Source: Podarcis cretensis (lineage: Eukaryota). Taken from it: a stretch of 64,000 bases of DNA. Within the stretch, counting starts at the first letter, position 1; each line of letters opens with the position of its first letter. The stretch covers positions 32,178,001 to 32,242,000 of the forward strand of contig OX638159.1 of assembly GCA_951804945.1 (NCBI GenBank), written 5' to 3'. Both the position numbers and the translations under genes were made by a program. Shown here piece after piece: positions 36,691-50,053 of the stretch. A model generated the notes under the pieces. It ran no database searches and was not told where the DNA came from. It saw only the letters and a program-made list of their open reading frames with translations.

Positions 36691-39163
36691 CAAACTTCAT
36701 GCTATGAAATCAGGATTAAATAAATAAACAGGATGCTAAATAAGCAGGTTGTCAAGTGACCATAGAATAAGCTGTCGGCTTTAGTAGAATTCAGATGGTC
36801 AAAGTGGAAAATGCATAACTAGAGGCTGGTGTTTTGCATCTGATTCATAGACAGGTTGAAAATTCATACCAACTTCAGCTCTGCTTCTTTCTACGGTGTC
36901 TGCAAGATGGGCAGATGCTCCCTGCTGTGCAGTGCTCTGCATTGAACAGCTGGTGGGCAGGCGTTATAGCATATAGCAAGATGGTGCTATGTTTTATTAT
37001 ATGCTATACAGAGCAGAAAGACTGAAGTCGGATTTTCAGTTTAATAGGCCTGCCGTGTGTTTGGTGTGTGTAGTCAGTGATTGATAAGCTTAAGCATGTA
37101 AAATAAACAGCAAATGAAATCAAATATGTCACCCAATATACCCACCAGTCAGCCAAATGTTCCTTTCTAATGGCTTTGCATGCTGGTAAACTGTCATTTA
37201 GTCATAGGACTTCACAAGTGACTCAGCCAAATATGACTATACCATGAAGGCTGTCAGTTTCTACACCACTGGTCCCTAGGACATACTTTTCAGTTTGCAA
37301 AACAATTCTTTGCGGAGCAACAGAGGTCATGCTTGGCTTTCACAAGATATAATGCAGAGGTTTCTTTTATTTTTGAAAAACAACAACAAGGTACCAAAGT
37401 TAGAATTAAGCTGCGTACGCACCATACATTTAAAGCACATGACTTTCCCCAAGGAATCCTGGGAATTGTAGTTTGTTGAAGGTGCTGGGAATTGTTGGCC
37501 TCTACCAATCTTACAGCATCAAACTGAGTAATATGACACCACTTATATTAGACAAAAATGTGTCAGGCTCCTCACTTAAATGGGAAACATGGAATGGCTT
37601 TTGCTGGTGGTGTGTGTGTGTGTGTGTGTGTGTGTAAGGAGTGCCAAAAAAAAGGCCTTTAATAGCTGGGAGAAAAGAGCATTTCAAAATATAATGGGCC
37701 TGTTTTAGCTAACATGTTGTCAGCGGTTAATGACTAGTGGTGTAACAGATGGCTTTGATGTAATTTCTTTTGAAAACACGAGATTACAAGCAGTTTATTG
37801 CATTCCTGTCACCAGACTGCTCCTTGGATACAGCCGAATGTCAACGAGGTCAAAGGTCTAAAGCCACAAGCCAAAGGATTTGTCATCGTTTTACAGGTCA
37901 CTTGTTGCTATGCACTGGGCAGGCAGGACAACTCCATGGAGCCTACCCAATTGGCAGGATTGACTCCGTTTGTTCAGAAATCTCATAGGAAAATGTCACT
38001 TAAAATTTGATTAATATAGTTTGCATCTTTATATCCAAGTGGTCCTCCACAGAGCTCCATTAGCCATATCTAAGGCTCCCAAGTGGTCCTCCTGATCAGA
38101 CATTCACAAAACTTACAGAGTAATCCTCATATGATCTGGGAAGGAGTGGAGTCGCTGGCTCACCAATGTATCTCAAGCTCTTCCAGCTCATTCCAGCCAG
38201 GTGGGAAAAGGAGGCAATTCATTATTGCTATGCCAGCTCCAGGCTGGCAACGGTGAGGTGCACAAGAGTCATGCCAGTGGTAGGATCTGCAGAGATCTGC
38301 AACCTCCAGAGCCACAAGTGCCCCACACCACAATCTTATATGTGTCTACTCAGAAGTAAGCACCACTGAGTTGGGTTGGGGTTTATTCCTAAGCGGCTGC
38401 TTAAAAGGATGAACCACATTTACATGCATTTAATTTAACTTTTAAATAAATGGGGTTTAAGAGGATGGTGCTCAGTGGTTTGAAGATACTGATAGGAGAT
38501 TCAACTTTTTTTTAAAAAAAGCAAAAAGAAAATATAGTTGGTCAAAGTTTGGCTCAACAAACTTTTTGGTATTTTGCATTCATAAGGCAACATTAATTTA
38601 ACACAAATTATCAAAATATGTAAAAAGATGAGTGTGCTGCTCTCCTGAGAACCTGACTAAGAGTGGAGTAGCATGTGGAATTCTGACAGTGGATCCTTTT
38701 CTGACACAGGTGACTCAAAAGCATTGAGGAGTATGGCAAATCTCTGTTCCCTCAAAAGATAAGATTTAGCTCGCTTCACAACATTTATTTCATTCGGTTG
38801 AATTATTATTATCAAAAGGTTAATGAGAACTTAGCAGACAGAGAGGGGAGGTTCATTGCTGTTGCTCCCCTGTTGTCATTGCTCTGGTAGTGGAGAGGGC
38901 AAAAAGGGTCATGTGGAGGTCATCTTCAGGGCGATGGGGCTGTTTAGTCTGGAGCACTTATTAAGGAGCAATGAGAGGGGAACACATCACCCAAATCCAG
39001 TGTGATGTACTGCTGGACTACGACCTGGGAGACCAGGGTTCAAATAACCCACTAGGCTCACTGGGTGTGACCAGTCACTTTCTCTTAGCCTAACCTACCT
39101 TACAGGGTTGTTCTGAGGACGAAACAGGTGAGGGGAAAACAAAACAGGTAAGGGGGGGGGAAC

Positions 39164-39301
39164 CAGTGCTATATTTCTAGAAAAAGAAGTGCCAGAACTC
39201 ACAATGAACACCTCCCTTTCTTTCTTAGAATGGCAATGGTGCCCACCTGAGATGTGCCGGAATTGAGTTCCTGTGAGTTCTGGCTGGAAAAAAAAGCCCT
39301 G
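39164..39301. mobile_element. ~130-bp hAT-type MITE nested in a SINE
   Basis: TIRs CAGTGCTATATTT / AAAAAAAGCCCTG; TSD GGGGGAAC / GGCAGAAC. Confidence 0.75.
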
Positions 39302-39313
39302 GGCAGAACCATG

Positions 39314-40156
39314 CAGTGGCGTAGGAAGGAGGGTGTGGTGGGTGTGGCTGCCCCAGGAGGGGGGTGACAAAATGGCAAAAATATGTGTGTTTTTTTAAAA
39401 AAAGGGGGGCTCATGGCACTTTTTTTGAAAAAATAGTATTATTTAAAACGAGTTTAATAACTTTGTCTTACAATTAATTAACCTCAACAAGTCAACATAA
39501 TATGTATTCAAACTTTTTAGTTCAGTCAACAAACACAACGAAACATGGCTGAACTTGACGCTGTGTAATGGAGAGCATATGGATAAGGAAGGGCAGGGGG
39601 GTGTTTCTTTCTGCCGATTCGCCAAAGTCTGTCTCTGCGGTTTGTACTCGAGCGAGATGTAAACAACTGGTGACTCATCATCACTCAACCCGCAACCAAT
39701 CCTATCCTCTGCCATGCCAGTCAGTCACCCCACGTCATTCTGTTGAGTTAGTTGTGCATTATTATACTGAAGGTTATAAGTGCTGTGCTGAATTTATTTT
39801 TGTTACATTTTTTAATTCATTGATTCATTGTGATCATCCTCTTCTCTATGATATTGAGTTTGGTAAGTAACGTAAACGTTATGATGCATGCCGTTTGTTT
39901 GTATTTGTACGTTAAGCCAAAACTGCAAAATTGCGAAATTAAGTAAAAAAATTCATCCATAAGAAATTCCCATTGTGAAAAAAAGGTTTTAAGTGCTTAT
40001 GCTCACAATGTTAAGTAAATAAACCAGAAAATAACACTTGCAACTGTGAGTATCTTATTTTTCCTTCTTTTAATAATTTCAATGTATGTGTGTGTGTGGG
40101 GGGGGGGTGACAAGAAATTTTCTGCACTGGGACCACCTGACCTTGCTACGCCACTG
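39314..40156. mobile_element. Non-autonomous hAT (Tip100-like) element, ~840 bp
   Basis: 16-bp TIRs CAGTGGCGTAGGAAGG / CCTTGCTACGCCACTG (1 mismatch); subterminal GGGGGGTGACA motifs at both ends; degenerate TSD. Confidence 0.85.
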
Positions 40157-42042
40157 GAAAACCATATACACCACCTTGAGCGCTTTGGAGGAAGGGAGGG
40201 CTATAAATATCAGTTAATTAATTAAGAAGTAGAGAAACGGGGGAGGGGGATCCCATCACCCTTCCACCACAATTGCAGCAAGACTTTGGATTTGGTGGTT
40301 CATCTACCATGGCTACTCCCTCCTGAAAAACCATGCAGGACTGCTCTTCTTACATTGATGAAGGGCAGTGTAGGGAATAAATCATGGAGGGGCCATAGCT
40401 CAGAGGTAGGATATTTCTTTTGCATACAGAAAGTTCCAGGTTCAGTCAGTTCATTATTGGGGCAGGGGCCCCTCTGCTGGTCTTGGGGCCCTAAATAAAT
40501 GCCCAACTCTGCCAACCTCTGGATTCACCCCCGAACACCCCTTTTCAGTGGTGGCTCCCCAACTGTGAAATGCTCTTCTCATGGCTTCTCATCTGGAATT
40601 TAATCTGATATGTTTTAGACATCAGGGTAAGACCTTTCCATTCATCCTTCAACTACTGTTTGATAGCATTTTAACATATCCTGCCTACATTTAAACAACA
40701 ACCCTGATTTAGTGTTCCATTGTATTCTTTTTCGGAAATCAGCTTTGAAATTGAGATGTAAAAGCCATTGTGGGTGTGTTAAAATAAATAAATAAAGTTG
40801 CTCTTTTGAGGAGTTTTACACATTTTGTAAATATGTTGCCTGGATATGTTTGGAGCATGCTGCCAATTTCTATTCAAAAATGCAGTAGATGTCGTTCTAA
40901 TGAGAAGGGCTCATCGTGAAAATGTACAGTGGTCTCAAGGGAGCACAATTTAAATTGAGCGAAATGTCTCTCTTTGGGGGGGGGTGTCTCACATTTTGTC
41001 GTTTGTTTCATGGCTTCCTTGTAGTCAAAGCAAACACAAACTACTGCATAAAATACCTGTTTAAAAGAGGAGTGAGAGTTTCATTTTTTTTTTTTAAAAG
41101 ACGCCATATGCAGAATGATGGACTATCACTTTGCAAACAATTGCACACAGCAGAATTATCTGTAACCCTGAATGTATACCACAGTGTTTGGGAGTTTTCA
41201 ACCCAAAATAGGACAGCCATAGCCATACAACTCAATTAAACTGAAGGACTAGGATTTAAGACGATCAGTTTCAATGGCAGTAAATTAAGTACTTTCTCTT
41301 AATCTGACTCAAGAACTTCAACTCGAATGCATGGTTGACTGCGTTATAAATTTGATTTCTTTTGTGATGTATATTGATGTGACTCCTGGGGAATCTAAAT
41401 TTATAACAAAATGTTATAAGACCTGAGAATGGCTTTGTATATCCTTGATAAATTCATCCTCCCTACCCCTTTAAGTCAGATTCAGGTATATGTGCAAAAC
41501 ATCTACAAGATAGGACTGACCTTTCTGGCTGGCTTTTGTTAGTAATGATACCAGTATTTTAAAGACACTTAAAAACAGCCTTCCTGGGTCTTCTATTACC
41601 CGTGTCATTTAGAGCAGCTTAGATTAGGAACACATTTACTGCTAGCTTTATTCAATGCCTATCATGTCCAGAGGAACTAGCCTAAGGGACAGAATAAGAA
41701 ACCTGACCGCTGTCAGCATCCTTTTGTCCCTCCCCATATGGGGAGGACATGATTCCACAGGATTAGCCCACAATTATGTGCTCTGGACTGATCAGTTCAG
41801 TCAATTTACTGTGTAAAGTAAATTGATCCTTTGGAACAAAGGATCCTGTATTCAGCTGTTTGTACTACAGGTAGCTGAGAAAGCCGTGTGCCTCTGTAAA
41901 CAGTTGTCCCTGCCCTCATGTGGAGTGGACCAGCGCCATATGGTGCCACTATGAAGTTATTAACTGGTGGATTAACTCATCTCAGCATTTGGGATCCCCA
42001 GTTTCCAGCTGTGAGAATGATTGATGGGTTAACTACTGCTTC

Positions 42043-42310
42043 NNNNNNNNNNNNNNNNNNNNNNNNNNNNNNNNNNNNNNNNNNNNNNNNNNNNNNNNNN
42101 NNNNNNNNNNNNNNNNNNNNNNNNNNNNNNNNNNNNNNNNNNNNNNNNNNNNNNNNNNNNNNNNNNNNNNNNNNNNNNNNNNNNNNNNNNNNNNNNNNNN
42201 NNNNNNNNNNNNNNNNNNNNNNNNNNNNNNNNNNNNNNNNNNNNNNNNNNNNNNNNNNNNNNNNNNNNNNNNNNNNNNNNNNNNNNNNNNNNNNNNNNNN
42301 NNNNNNNNNN
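42043..42310. other. Assembly gap
   Basis: Run of N. Confidence 1.
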
Positions 42311-44533
42311 GAGAAGGTACATTGTCCCCGATATCCGTATTAAATACTACACCTTCAGAGGCCCAGTTTAGGGTCAGAGAAAAGGCCGTCATTAAAGCTT
42401 AGTACCACGGCCATCATTTTAAGCATATTCAATTTTTTCCCCTCAGTGGATGTGCTGGTTAAGGAGATTTGCTTGAAAAGAGTTTTCCTTTCAATATGTC
42501 AATTTATGTGTTCCTGTTATAGTACTACTGGCCCTAGATAAAGAGATGGTGATTACTCCACTATGGTTAAGTGGCAATTATTCTACTGTCGACATTGAGC
42601 AAGAAAGTGCACGGTTCCCACTTGGAACCACAGCTTTAAGGTTCTCTGCCCCTCTTGTTTTGTAACCCCCCCTCCCAGAAAAAAAAATACATTGGGTCCT
42701 GTAATCAATGGAAGAAAAGTCAGTCCAAAAAAGATCATACATGAGACACTATTCATGAGAAACTGGTTTTTACTGAGGTTGATTTAAAATCAACGGCAAC
42801 TAATTGCACCCTTAAGTGTGTTTATCAAATAGGCTAATTCACAGATTGGACATTTCCCAGTTAGTTATGCTATGTATGGGTTATGGGTTCACACAATAAA
42901 TCTGTAAAAGGAAATACACATGTACTATCAAGAACTGATCTCATGTCCTTTTTAAATTAGAAGGAAAGATATTTCTTGAGCTCAACTTTTACACATTGAC
43001 AAAATAAGCTTGAGGTTTTAAGCTTCTTATGGTTGTTGCTATCTACATCAAGAACTGGCAGAGAAACAACTGCTGGTCAATCTCTTACTTAGATAAAACT
43101 GGCACAATTGACAAAATCCTTGTCAACTGGATTGTTAATACTTTGGTTGAGTTTATTCATAGCTTGAAAAATGCAGCCATTAAAGACTTGAGTGATATTT
43201 AAATAAATATATGAAACAAGTATACAGAAACTAGATATGGCAGGATGCCTTGCTTCCCTCCCTCCCTCCCCTATTTTCCTGAAATAGTGTTCCCAGAGCA
43301 TGTTTTAACTTTGCAAAAATAGCCACTGTTGTGTTGCTGCTCCACTCGCAGAATGGCTTTTGATCCTGTGGAGGCACCCACTAACTAAAAAGGAGAGGTG
43401 ATTTTCTTCAGTTCCTCGTTCTGCCCTCTATGTCACCTTCCACGTTATTCTGCAGGGTCCTACAATCTTTGGAACAGATTTTCAGGGGGCTCAGGAGGCT
43501 GCAGTGGGAAGGTAGCATCAGTGGAAATTGCCTCCCCTAAGAATGTGAGAGTGTTAGCTGATGACTCCATTGCAGAGGGAGCCCATCGATGAGGCTGAGT
43601 GAAGCACCAGCTCAGGTAGCAGAAACAAAAGAGGCAGTGCCCTGTCTGCCCTACCAGTTCTGCCACTGGAGGAATGTCCCGCTGTCACTGGGGGGTGTTC
43701 CCTAGTCTTCCCTGGTGGAGAAGACAAGCAGCAGTGCCTTGAGGAGTACTCCAACACTTTCTGAGTTTGGCGAGAGATTGAGCATTCCTCAAAGTGTTGC
43801 TACTCAGCTCTCCCCCCCGCCCAAGCACTTTGTGGAATGCTCCAGCTCTCACCAAACAAAGAGCTGGGGCATTCCAATGATGGTGGAAGTGAGGGGCAGA
43901 TGGCAGGAGGAGGGCAGGCAGTGGCACATTCCTGTTTGACCTCAGCTGGCAAAATGGTACAGGCTTCCCCTGCTCCATTAGATCAAAAAGCTGTTCTGCA
44001 AGTGGCACAGAATTTCACCCATTGGCCTTATCAGAGAATACTGGCAGATAATTTCTCTACTATTTAAAATAACACGAATTCACATTATACAACCAAGTAC
44101 TTACAACAGTGGTACAGGCTGTACAATGGACATTATTTCCATTTGGTGTTCCTATGCTACCTTTTCTTGTTATTACTATCATCTCACTTCCATTCCCCAC
44201 CAGGAAACCTCTTTTGACTGATAAGAAATCCACCTCAGGATGTACCCGTCTCCATACTCTTGTTGACATCTCTCAGGCATTCCTTGCAGATGTGGGAATG
44301 TATCTCAGTGTCGATTTGCCAGAATCATAAGGAAGCACCAAGCGTCAGAAATCAGCAGGAAAAAGAAATTGGTAAAGAAAGGCAGACTGGGGAAAAAAAT
44401 CAGCCTTCAAGGCGTGTTTGAAGGCCTGCACTGAAGTTCCATAGGGAAGGAGTTCCACAACCATGGGGCCACCATCAAGAAGGTCTTATCCATTGTCAGT
44501 GGTCATGCTCATAGCTCAGTGACTCACAGTTTC

Positions 44534-44736
44534 NNNNNNNNNNNNNNNNNNNNNNNNNNNNNNNNNNNNNNNNNNNNNNNNNNNNNNNNNNNNNNNNNNN
44601 NNNNNNNNNNNNNNNNNNNNNNNNNNNNNNNNNNNNNNNNNNNNNNNNNNNNNNNNNNNNNNNNNNNNNNNNNNNNNNNNNNNNNNNNNNNNNNNNNNNN
44701 NNNNNNNNNNNNNNNNNNNNNNNNNNNNNNNNNNNN
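44534..44736. other. Assembly gap
   Basis: Run of N. Confidence 1.
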
Positions 44737-47527
44737 GGCTCCGTAATGCACAAAAAGATTTAAAGGGCACATATATGTAAAACAACTTTTAAAAAATGAA
44801 ACAATTTTATCATGTTTAAAAGTAATCCTATACTCTCCAAACAAGTCTGGCAAACAAACAACAAAACAGAAACAAAGCATATTTGTACAGTATCTGTTTT
44901 TGTTGTATCCAGTTAAATTATATCATTGAAATTAATGGACTTAAGTTAGCCAAATTAAGTAATTTCAGTGGATCTACTCAGAGTAACAGCCATTTAGATT
45001 AAAAAAACCCACACCATTAGGCAAACAAGAACTCTCAGAAATGAGCAGAACCATTTTTGTCAGGCTTTCAGTGCTTTTATAGCTAGGAAACACTCCACAT
45101 GGAAATGTCTTAGAAGTTGTCTTTCTCTTGATTGTTCCAAAGAATGGTTTCCCTCCCCTGCTCATGCCAGACCCCCTTCTTGGGGAAGAGACAAAATTAC
45201 ATCTGGCTGTCAATTTAGACAATGTGCCAGATTTCAACCTCTTGTATTTTGAAATGGGCCAATATTTTAAATACCCAAACCCATGGTTTAAAATGGAACT
45301 GACAGCCTCCTAACTACAGCCTAGCAAATGCTGATGCTATCATAATGAAATGTAATTAAATTGTCTCTGTCAGGGAGAGAGCTGACCAGTCATTCAATGT
45401 ATATCTTATTGCTGTCATTCATTTAATTAGCTATTAGCTTCATTATCCTTAGGTGTTTTATTTTCAACCAAATGATCACACTTCTCTCATTCCTGACATA
45501 GCCTCTTTCTGTATTCATTCCTAAAGCAACTTTTCTATAATAATAATAAAAAAATCAGACAACCCCCGCTTCCATTTGACAAGAAGAAACTAATGCTAAT
45601 CATTTTATTTCCTTTTTTAAACACAGGACTGCCAGATTGGAACCCATAAATACTGCCTAACCAGGTGTAAGAGTAATTTCTCTCTAGAGTTTTATGTAGT
45701 TTTTTTATAAAGCAGGTGTCAAAATTGACCAGTGCAGGGGTTGGCTAGGCAAAACCATCAGATGTCACGCTCTTCCTTTTAGGCACAGGGGTCTAGCGGC
45801 AGAAGTGTGGGGCACTGTGGACATCGTAACTGCAGCAGGCAGCAATGGATACTATGATGAATGGTACTGAAAGCTGCTTAGAGGTACAAGGGAATCAACA
45901 AAAGTACTTTCCACCTGTCTCTCTCCTGGTGTAGTCATTAAACAAGGGAACCAAGAACTTCTCCATGACATTCTGAGGCCTAAAGCCAGACTTTCTCCAA
46001 ACTGCTGTTCTCCTGTTGTTTTGCCCTGCAAATCTCACCAGCCCCAGACAAATTGGTCATGCTAGCTAGGATGGGTGGTGGTTGTAGTCAGTGCTATTTT
46101 TCTACAAAAAGAGGTGCCGGAACTCACCATGAACACTTTTCTCGTTCTCTTGGAATGGCAGTGACACCCACCTGAGGCATTCCAGCAAGTTCTAGCTTTA
46201 GACCAAAACATCTGAAGGTCACCAGGCTAGAGGAGGCTATTGCTAACAGCTAAACCTGGGACCTTCTGCATGTGAAGCAGATGTGAAGCTCTGAGCTACA
46301 TCCTTCCACCAAATTCCCTCCAAATTCAAATATCAGTTTCAAAGAATGATATTTCTCAGCAAGGGAGGAAATGGTTAAAATTCCCTCTCACACCTGCTGC
46401 AGCATCATTATCAGCCTGATGCTATTTACGGGGTGGGCAAAAATGCATTTAACTGGGCTGTTAGGTGAGGTCTCAAGCACCTTCTAAGTGCAGGAAGAGA
46501 ACCCATTTCCAAATGTCACCATCATGGTTTTTGGGACTGTTCAGTCCATTGTGTATGCCCACCATAGTAATCCACTATCCAACCAAAATAACAACAACAA
46601 CAAGTTAATGCTATATCAAAAGGTGAAATGCAAACTGAAGTACTAAAGTGCTCAAGCTCCGAAATGCATGTTCATTTTGTAGCCTTTGCTAACAGTGTTG
46701 CATGAAATTGGATTCATGTTTTGATCAGGGGCACATGAATACCAAAATTCCATTCATGAATATGCATTTGGTCAATTCATCCCAACTCCATTGAAAATTT
46801 TTGCAGCTGCTGTGTGCCAACGGAATGTCAAAGGAATCACACGGCCTCTTTCACATCCCAGTTCAATTGAATCACTTGTATTTAAGCTGATTTAGTCCCA
46901 CTGAACTCAGGCAGTCTTATCCTGTGGGTCCAATTTAGCTACAGTGGCACAAACAGTAGCTTAATTTATTTACCTACCTTCTGTTATGCTTTGACACTCT
47001 TACTATTTGCAGCTTGGATCTTAACTGTGTGACCTGTATGCATCTAATAAAAAATGACTGTGTTCTTTTTCTGCTTAGAACATTTATTGAACTTTGGATT
47101 TTGAAGGTGTGCTTCAGTTCTAAATCAGGCACTGAAGAGGCCTGGGGAAGGGTTTTGCATAATCTGAAAGTTTGCATCAAATTAGGGTCAAATTAGATAT
47201 TATTCTAATTGTCTAGTTAGCAACCATGTCTGCTTTTTAAATAAAATAAAGTAAAATAAAATAAAAAAGGTTAGGCATCAGTGGAGACATGATTGCCATC
47301 AGAACTCCAGAGTGTGGGTAGCAAAGTTGTACCCTTCTCTTCCTAGCTAAAATGCTAAAGAATATCTTCTCCACATTTAGGAGGTGCCAATGGAAGATCC
47401 CCCCCCCAAAGATTAATTAGAGTGTGTGTGAATTTTTATTAGGATTATAGCTAAAGAGAAACAGGTGAAACCTCCCTTTCCCACACACTGCAGTCCTGAT
47501 GAAAATCAGCCCTCTAGTAGTAGTAGT

Positions 47528-47970
47528 GGTTTTCCCAGTAGTGATGCATGGAAGTGAGAGCTGGACCATAAAGAAGACTGATCACCAAAGAATTGATGCT
47601 TTTGAATTATGGTGTTGGAGGAGACTCTTGAAAGTCCCATGGACTGCAAGAAGATCAAACCTCTCCATTCTTAAGGAAATCAGCCCTGAGTGCTCACTGG
47701 AAGGACAGATCGTGAAGCTGAGGCTCCAATACTTTGGACACCTCATGAGAAGAGAAGACTCCCTGGAAAAGCCCCCCATGTTGGGAAAGATTGAGGGGAC
47801 AAGGAGAAGGGGACAACAGAGGACGAGATAGTTGGACAGTGTTCTCGAAGCTACCAGCATGAGCTTGACCAAACTGCAGGAGGCAGTGGAAGACAGGAGG
47901 GCCTGGCGTGCTCTGGTCTGTGGGGTCACGAAGAGTCGGACACAACTAAACGACTAAACAACAACAACAA
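47528..47970 (+). mobile_element. BovB LINE, 5'-truncated
   Basis: Peptide VFPVVMHGSESWTIKKTDHQRIDAFELWCWRRLLKVPWTARRSN; (CAA)n tail; TSD AGTAGTAGTAGT / AGTAGTAGGAGT. Confidence 0.92.
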
Positions 47971-48612
47971 AGTAGTAGGAGTATTTCAATAAAAACAGGT
48001 GTGATTGCTAAACATGCAACTAAAGTAATATGTAATTTGGCCTGAAGTGGGCCAAGGAAAGGCATTACCTCAAGGCCAAACAGAATATGATGCCCAGCTG
48101 AAGTGCAGGGGTTATTTATTTATCATTAATAGCTGCCAAGGGTGTGTGAAAGAGATTTGTCAGGCCTGCAACACACAGAGAGGCATTTAACTCTTCCCTC
48201 TACTGCCACTTACCCTATAAAAACAGTCTTCTCCCAACTCACAGCAAGTGCCCAAAGGTGCTATTAACAATTACCTTTATATTGCACATGAAAGATTACC
48301 CAGTCAAAATCTTTTAACCTCACTTCTGCCGCTTTCCCCAGGAAAACCTGGTTTTTAATCCTGAATTGGAACAAATGGCAGTTCAGTGGTAAAGAGAGGG
48401 TCTTCATGGGGAAAGCAATAGGGCAAAAAAAGCACTCAGACACAGTGCTTTAAAGTGTGGACCTGTGTCTAGAAATGTGACACAAAAGGAAGTCTGGATG
48501 AGCCCTGATATCTAGCAATTTTTAACTGTCTATAAAATGTCTTTTGTCTATTGATCAGACTTAGAAAAACACATGCAATTAGAGGGTTGGATTTCCCACT
48601 CCAATCATTAGG

Positions 48613-48904
48613 NNNNNNNNNNNNNNNNNNNNNNNNNNNNNNNNNNNNNNNNNNNNNNNNNNNNNNNNNNNNNNNNNNNNNNNNNNNNNNNNNNNNNNNN
48701 NNNNNNNNNNNNNNNNNNNNNNNNNNNNNNNNNNNNNNNNNNNNNNNNNNNNNNNNNNNNNNNNNNNNNNNNNNNNNNNNNNNNNNNNNNNNNNNNNNNN
48801 NNNNNNNNNNNNNNNNNNNNNNNNNNNNNNNNNNNNNNNNNNNNNNNNNNNNNNNNNNNNNNNNNNNNNNNNNNNNNNNNNNNNNNNNNNNNNNNNNNNN
48901 NNNN
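48613..48904. other. Assembly gap
   Basis: Run of N. Confidence 1.
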
Positions 48905-49899
48905 ATGCTCAGAAAACAGAAAACAGATGTGGCTGGGGAGCAGTCAAAGAAACAACGGCTGTGTATGTACTAAACACCACTGATGAGCTGAGTCCCCAGA
49001 GTACATGAGACTTCTATAGAGGTGAAAGGGCACAGAATTAATGAGAAGGTCTCAACAGTGAGTGTGAAGGGAAAGGCAAGTCTGTGTTCCTGGCATTGAT
49101 CTTGAATGTCCTTTTATTGGACACATTGTCCAAGGTCAAGTGAAGGCATTGTAATGGTCAGGTTAAATTAAGTAGAATTCTAGGATATGCCACCCCACTA
49201 AGATACCAACTCCCCTCTTGGATAAATCATGGGGCCATATTTAATGATCAGATAATCAACTTTCCACTTTGCTTTTCCCTGGTGAAGCTAGATATAGGCA
49301 CTTCATAAAAGGTACATGACAACTCTTACACTAAGTAAAATATCTGGGGTGGATATGTTTCTAGGTGCTGCATGTGCAACAACCAGTAGACAGATTTATA
49401 TTGTATTTGGTGAGCCTGCCCCTCAGACGATGACACTCTGCACATGCGTAATGGCACACTTTCCTAAATAAGTGCTGTACAAGTCCTATTGTGATGAAAA
49501 CAGCAAGCTTAAACATTGCAGTCCTACCATGTCAAAATGTTCCAGACGCTACTACTTACTCTGGTGTAATTTACATCAGATCTCTGTGCTCAGGATGCTC
49601 TCCTTGCTTGGATTTCTTACCCACTTTTCACTCAAGGCAGGTTCCAACACTTAAACACAGCTATCTTTCAAAGTTCACCTTTCCCCTGAATTTTGCAATG
49701 CAATTCTCTCACCCCTTGTGTAATGTGTTGTATTTTAGGAAATTGCTAGCCAAAAAAATGTACATTTTAGAAATGCACATAAAAATGCATGGACTTAACA
49801 TGGACTTAAAAAAGAATTGGAATCTCATGTGGGAAAGGGGTGAACCGAGAGATTCATCCATTCTGCTGCTTGCAGCTTCTCATAATGAGTAAGTAGTCC

Positions 49900-50053
49900 C
49901 AGTGCTTTTTGATGCTGTTAAAAAAAGGAGGCACCAGTATTCATATCCTGATCAAGTGCTGTGGGTGCCAGCACAAAATGGCTGCCATGGGCACCAAAAC
50001 AAAAGAGGTGATGGTACTCCATACTAGCAAATACTGTCAAAGAAAGACCACTG
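49900..50053. mobile_element. hAT-type MITE
   Basis: Termini CAGTGCTTTTT / AAAGACCACTG; resembles the 1054/39164 family. Confidence 0.55.

Noticed and set aside
45854-45930. C/D box snoRNA (ATGATGA...CTGA)
   Set aside because: No terminal D box or closing stem at a plausible distance.
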